Of a stretch of DNA of 64,000 nucleotides, positions 63,366 through 64,000 are shown piece by piece. This DNA comes from Octopus bimaculoides (Eukaryota): contig NC_069003.1 in the NCBI RefSeq assembly GCF_001194135.2, forward strand, positions 3,482,151 through 3,546,150. Direction: 5' to 3'. Position 1 is the first letter of the stretch, and each line of letters opens with the position of its first letter. Both the position numbers and the translations under genes were made by a program. The notes below the pieces were generated by a model that saw only the letters and a list, made by a program, of their open reading frames with translations, did not search any database and was not told the origin of the DNA.

Positions 63366-63938
63366 NNNNNNNNNNNNNNNNNNNNNNNNNNNNNNNNNNN
63401 NNNNNNNNNNNNNNNNNNNNNNNNNNNNNNNNNNNNNNNNNNNNNNNNNNNNNNNNNNNNNNNNNNNNNNNNNNNNNNNNNNNNNNNNNNNNNNNNNNNN
63501 NNNNNNNNNNNNNNNNNNNNNNNNNNNNNNNNNNNNNNNNNNNNNNNNNNNNNNNNNNNNNNNNNNNNNNNNNNNNNNNNNNNNNNNNNNNNNNNNNNNN
63601 NNNNNNNNNNNNNNNNNNNNNNNNNNNNNNNNNNNNNNNNNNNNNNNNNNNNNNNNNNNNNNNNNNNNNNNNNNNNNNNNNNNNNNNNNNNNNNNNNNNN
63701 NNNNNNNNNNNNNNNNNNNNNNNNNNNNNNNNNNNNNNNNNNNNNNNNNNNNNNNNNNNNNNNNNNNNNTTATTTAAAAGTGTTAGCAATGGTTGAGTTT
63801 GGGTTTATATTTTTGAATGAAGAAGGTTTCCTTATTCAATCTAATTTGTGTTGGTGTATTAATGGCACATTGATAGAATGGAAAGATTATAAATTGTGGT
63901 AGCATTTGTTTTGCGCATGTCTCAATATGCTCACTAAA

Positions 63939-63956
63939 GGGTTAGGGTTAGGGTTA
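63939..63956 (+). repeat. Short interstitial telomere-type repeat (GGGTTA)x3
   Basis: GGGTTAGGGTTAGGGTTA is directly visible. Confidence 0.7.
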
Positions 63957-64000
63957 TATATATATATAGAGAGATTTAATCAAAAGATTAAATGTGGTAC

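Noticed and set aside
1-64000. A host protein-coding gene or novel multi-gene system
   Set aside because: I found no exon-like ORF with recognisable non-TE homology and credible splice sites. Short exons could be missed by eye or hidden in gaps; RNA-seq alignment would decide.

Overview
Eukaryotic, very AT-rich, repeat-dominated DNA with many assembly gaps (N runs, mostly bounded by (TA)n or (CA)n). The SINE and MITE families look like those of an octopod cephalopod (Octopus-like); this rests on my recall of those repeats, not on a search. I cannot support any host protein-coding exon, rRNA, genuine tRNA gene or CRISPR array. Almost all ORFs in the track are artefacts of microsatellites, N runs or the satellite. 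Supported content: about 30 copies or fragments of five tRNA-derived SINE types (labelled A-E here), two mariner-type MITEs, and decayed Penelope RT, Helitron PIF1-helicase, CR1-like and R4/Dong-like LINE fragments. There are also several minisatellites and four local fold-back (inverted) duplications. The standout is a ~13.2 kb CpG-saturated (ACGT/ACGA)n satellite (49728-62949). It has higher-order landmark motifs, two sub-domains, apparent CpG decay and an internal polarity inversion near 59830. I see no novel protein-coding system; the candidate novelty is in DNA structure and repeat biology. Coordinates were read by eye and may be off by ~10 nt, and identities are by-eye estimates.
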